Shown here piece after piece: positions 15,283-15,349 of a DNA stretch of 15,349 nt. How positions within the stretch are numbered: the stretch's first letter is position 1; each line of letters starts with the position of its first letter. The notes under the pieces are model-generated. The model had not been told where the DNA came from, searched no databases, and saw only the letters and a program-made list of their open reading frames with translations. Position numbers and translations under genes: made by a program. Source of the DNA: Phycisphaerae bacterium (lineage in GTDB: Bacteria > Planctomycetota > Phycisphaerae > FEN-1346); NCBI GenBank assembly GCA_046483505.1, contig JAWODB010000008.1, positions 1-15,349 of the forward strand, read 5' to 3'.

Positions 15283-15349
15283 TGAAGCCCATTACACGCA
15301 AGAGGCTGGCCCGACGCAAGCAAAGAATCGCCTACCGGCTGCGGGAAAT
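15282..15349 (+). CDS. N-terminus of an unknown basic protein (VKPITRKRLARRKQRIAYRLRE...) that runs off the window
   Basis: GTG start preceded by AAGGGA, which is part of the palindrome arm. Highly basic N-terminus. Only 22 codons are visible. Confidence 0.25.
   Translation, partial: MKPITRKRLARRKQRIAYRLRE

Overview
The window is roughly 68-70% GC bacterial chromosomal DNA with a GC drop to roughly 55% after position ~13780. It probably comes from a Gram-negative environmental bacterium, since it carries many lipobox lipoproteins and a PEP-CTERM protein; I could not place the taxon more precisely.

Gene content, in order:
- 1..416 (-): partial JAB/MPN-like gene.
- 728..1645 (-): TPR-like lipoprotein.
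- 2016..2861 (+): GH16 beta-glucanase with the EIDIME catalytic motif.
- 3031..4011 (+): exported HAD phosphatase lipoprotein of the LNS2/App1 (lipin-like) type.
- 4178..5635 (+): 485-aa lipoprotein of unknown function.
- 5939..6817 and 7013..8491 (+): an NfeD-like membrane protein followed by a flotillin (SPFH) gene.
- 8682..11480 (-): 932-aa secreted protein of unknown family.
- 11857..11933 (+): initiator tRNA-Met (CAU) with a strong TTGACA-16-TAGAAT promoter and an intrinsic terminator.
- 11890..12815 (-): decayed large serine recombinase whose frame runs into the tRNA 3' end, marking a degraded integrative element.
- 13012..13744 (+): an overlapping pair, an Ogr/Delta-like zinc-ribbon protein and a sigma-70 region-4-only protein.
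- 13798..14568 (-): a PEP-CTERM protein in the low-GC block.
- 15048..15179 (+): a 43-aa membrane ORF.
- 15206..15282: a 77-nt nested palindrome.
- 15282 onward (+): the start of another gene.

The most striking non-genic signal is a family of nested-palindrome, MITE/REP-like elements. They are built on a 28-bp palindromic unit, GCGCGG(T/C)GGGT-loop-ACCC(A/G)CCGCGC, present in about 10 copies in nearly every intergenic region. Some copies are paired as inverted termini around internal hairpin modules. These repeats generate many spurious ORFs whose translations contain motifs such as GGYGDPPR, RGGSPHPPR and VGTETHRA.

I found no intact defence or toxin system. The best candidates for something new are the repeat family, the relic island at the tRNA, the Zn-ribbon/sigma pair and the low-GC PEP-CTERM block.
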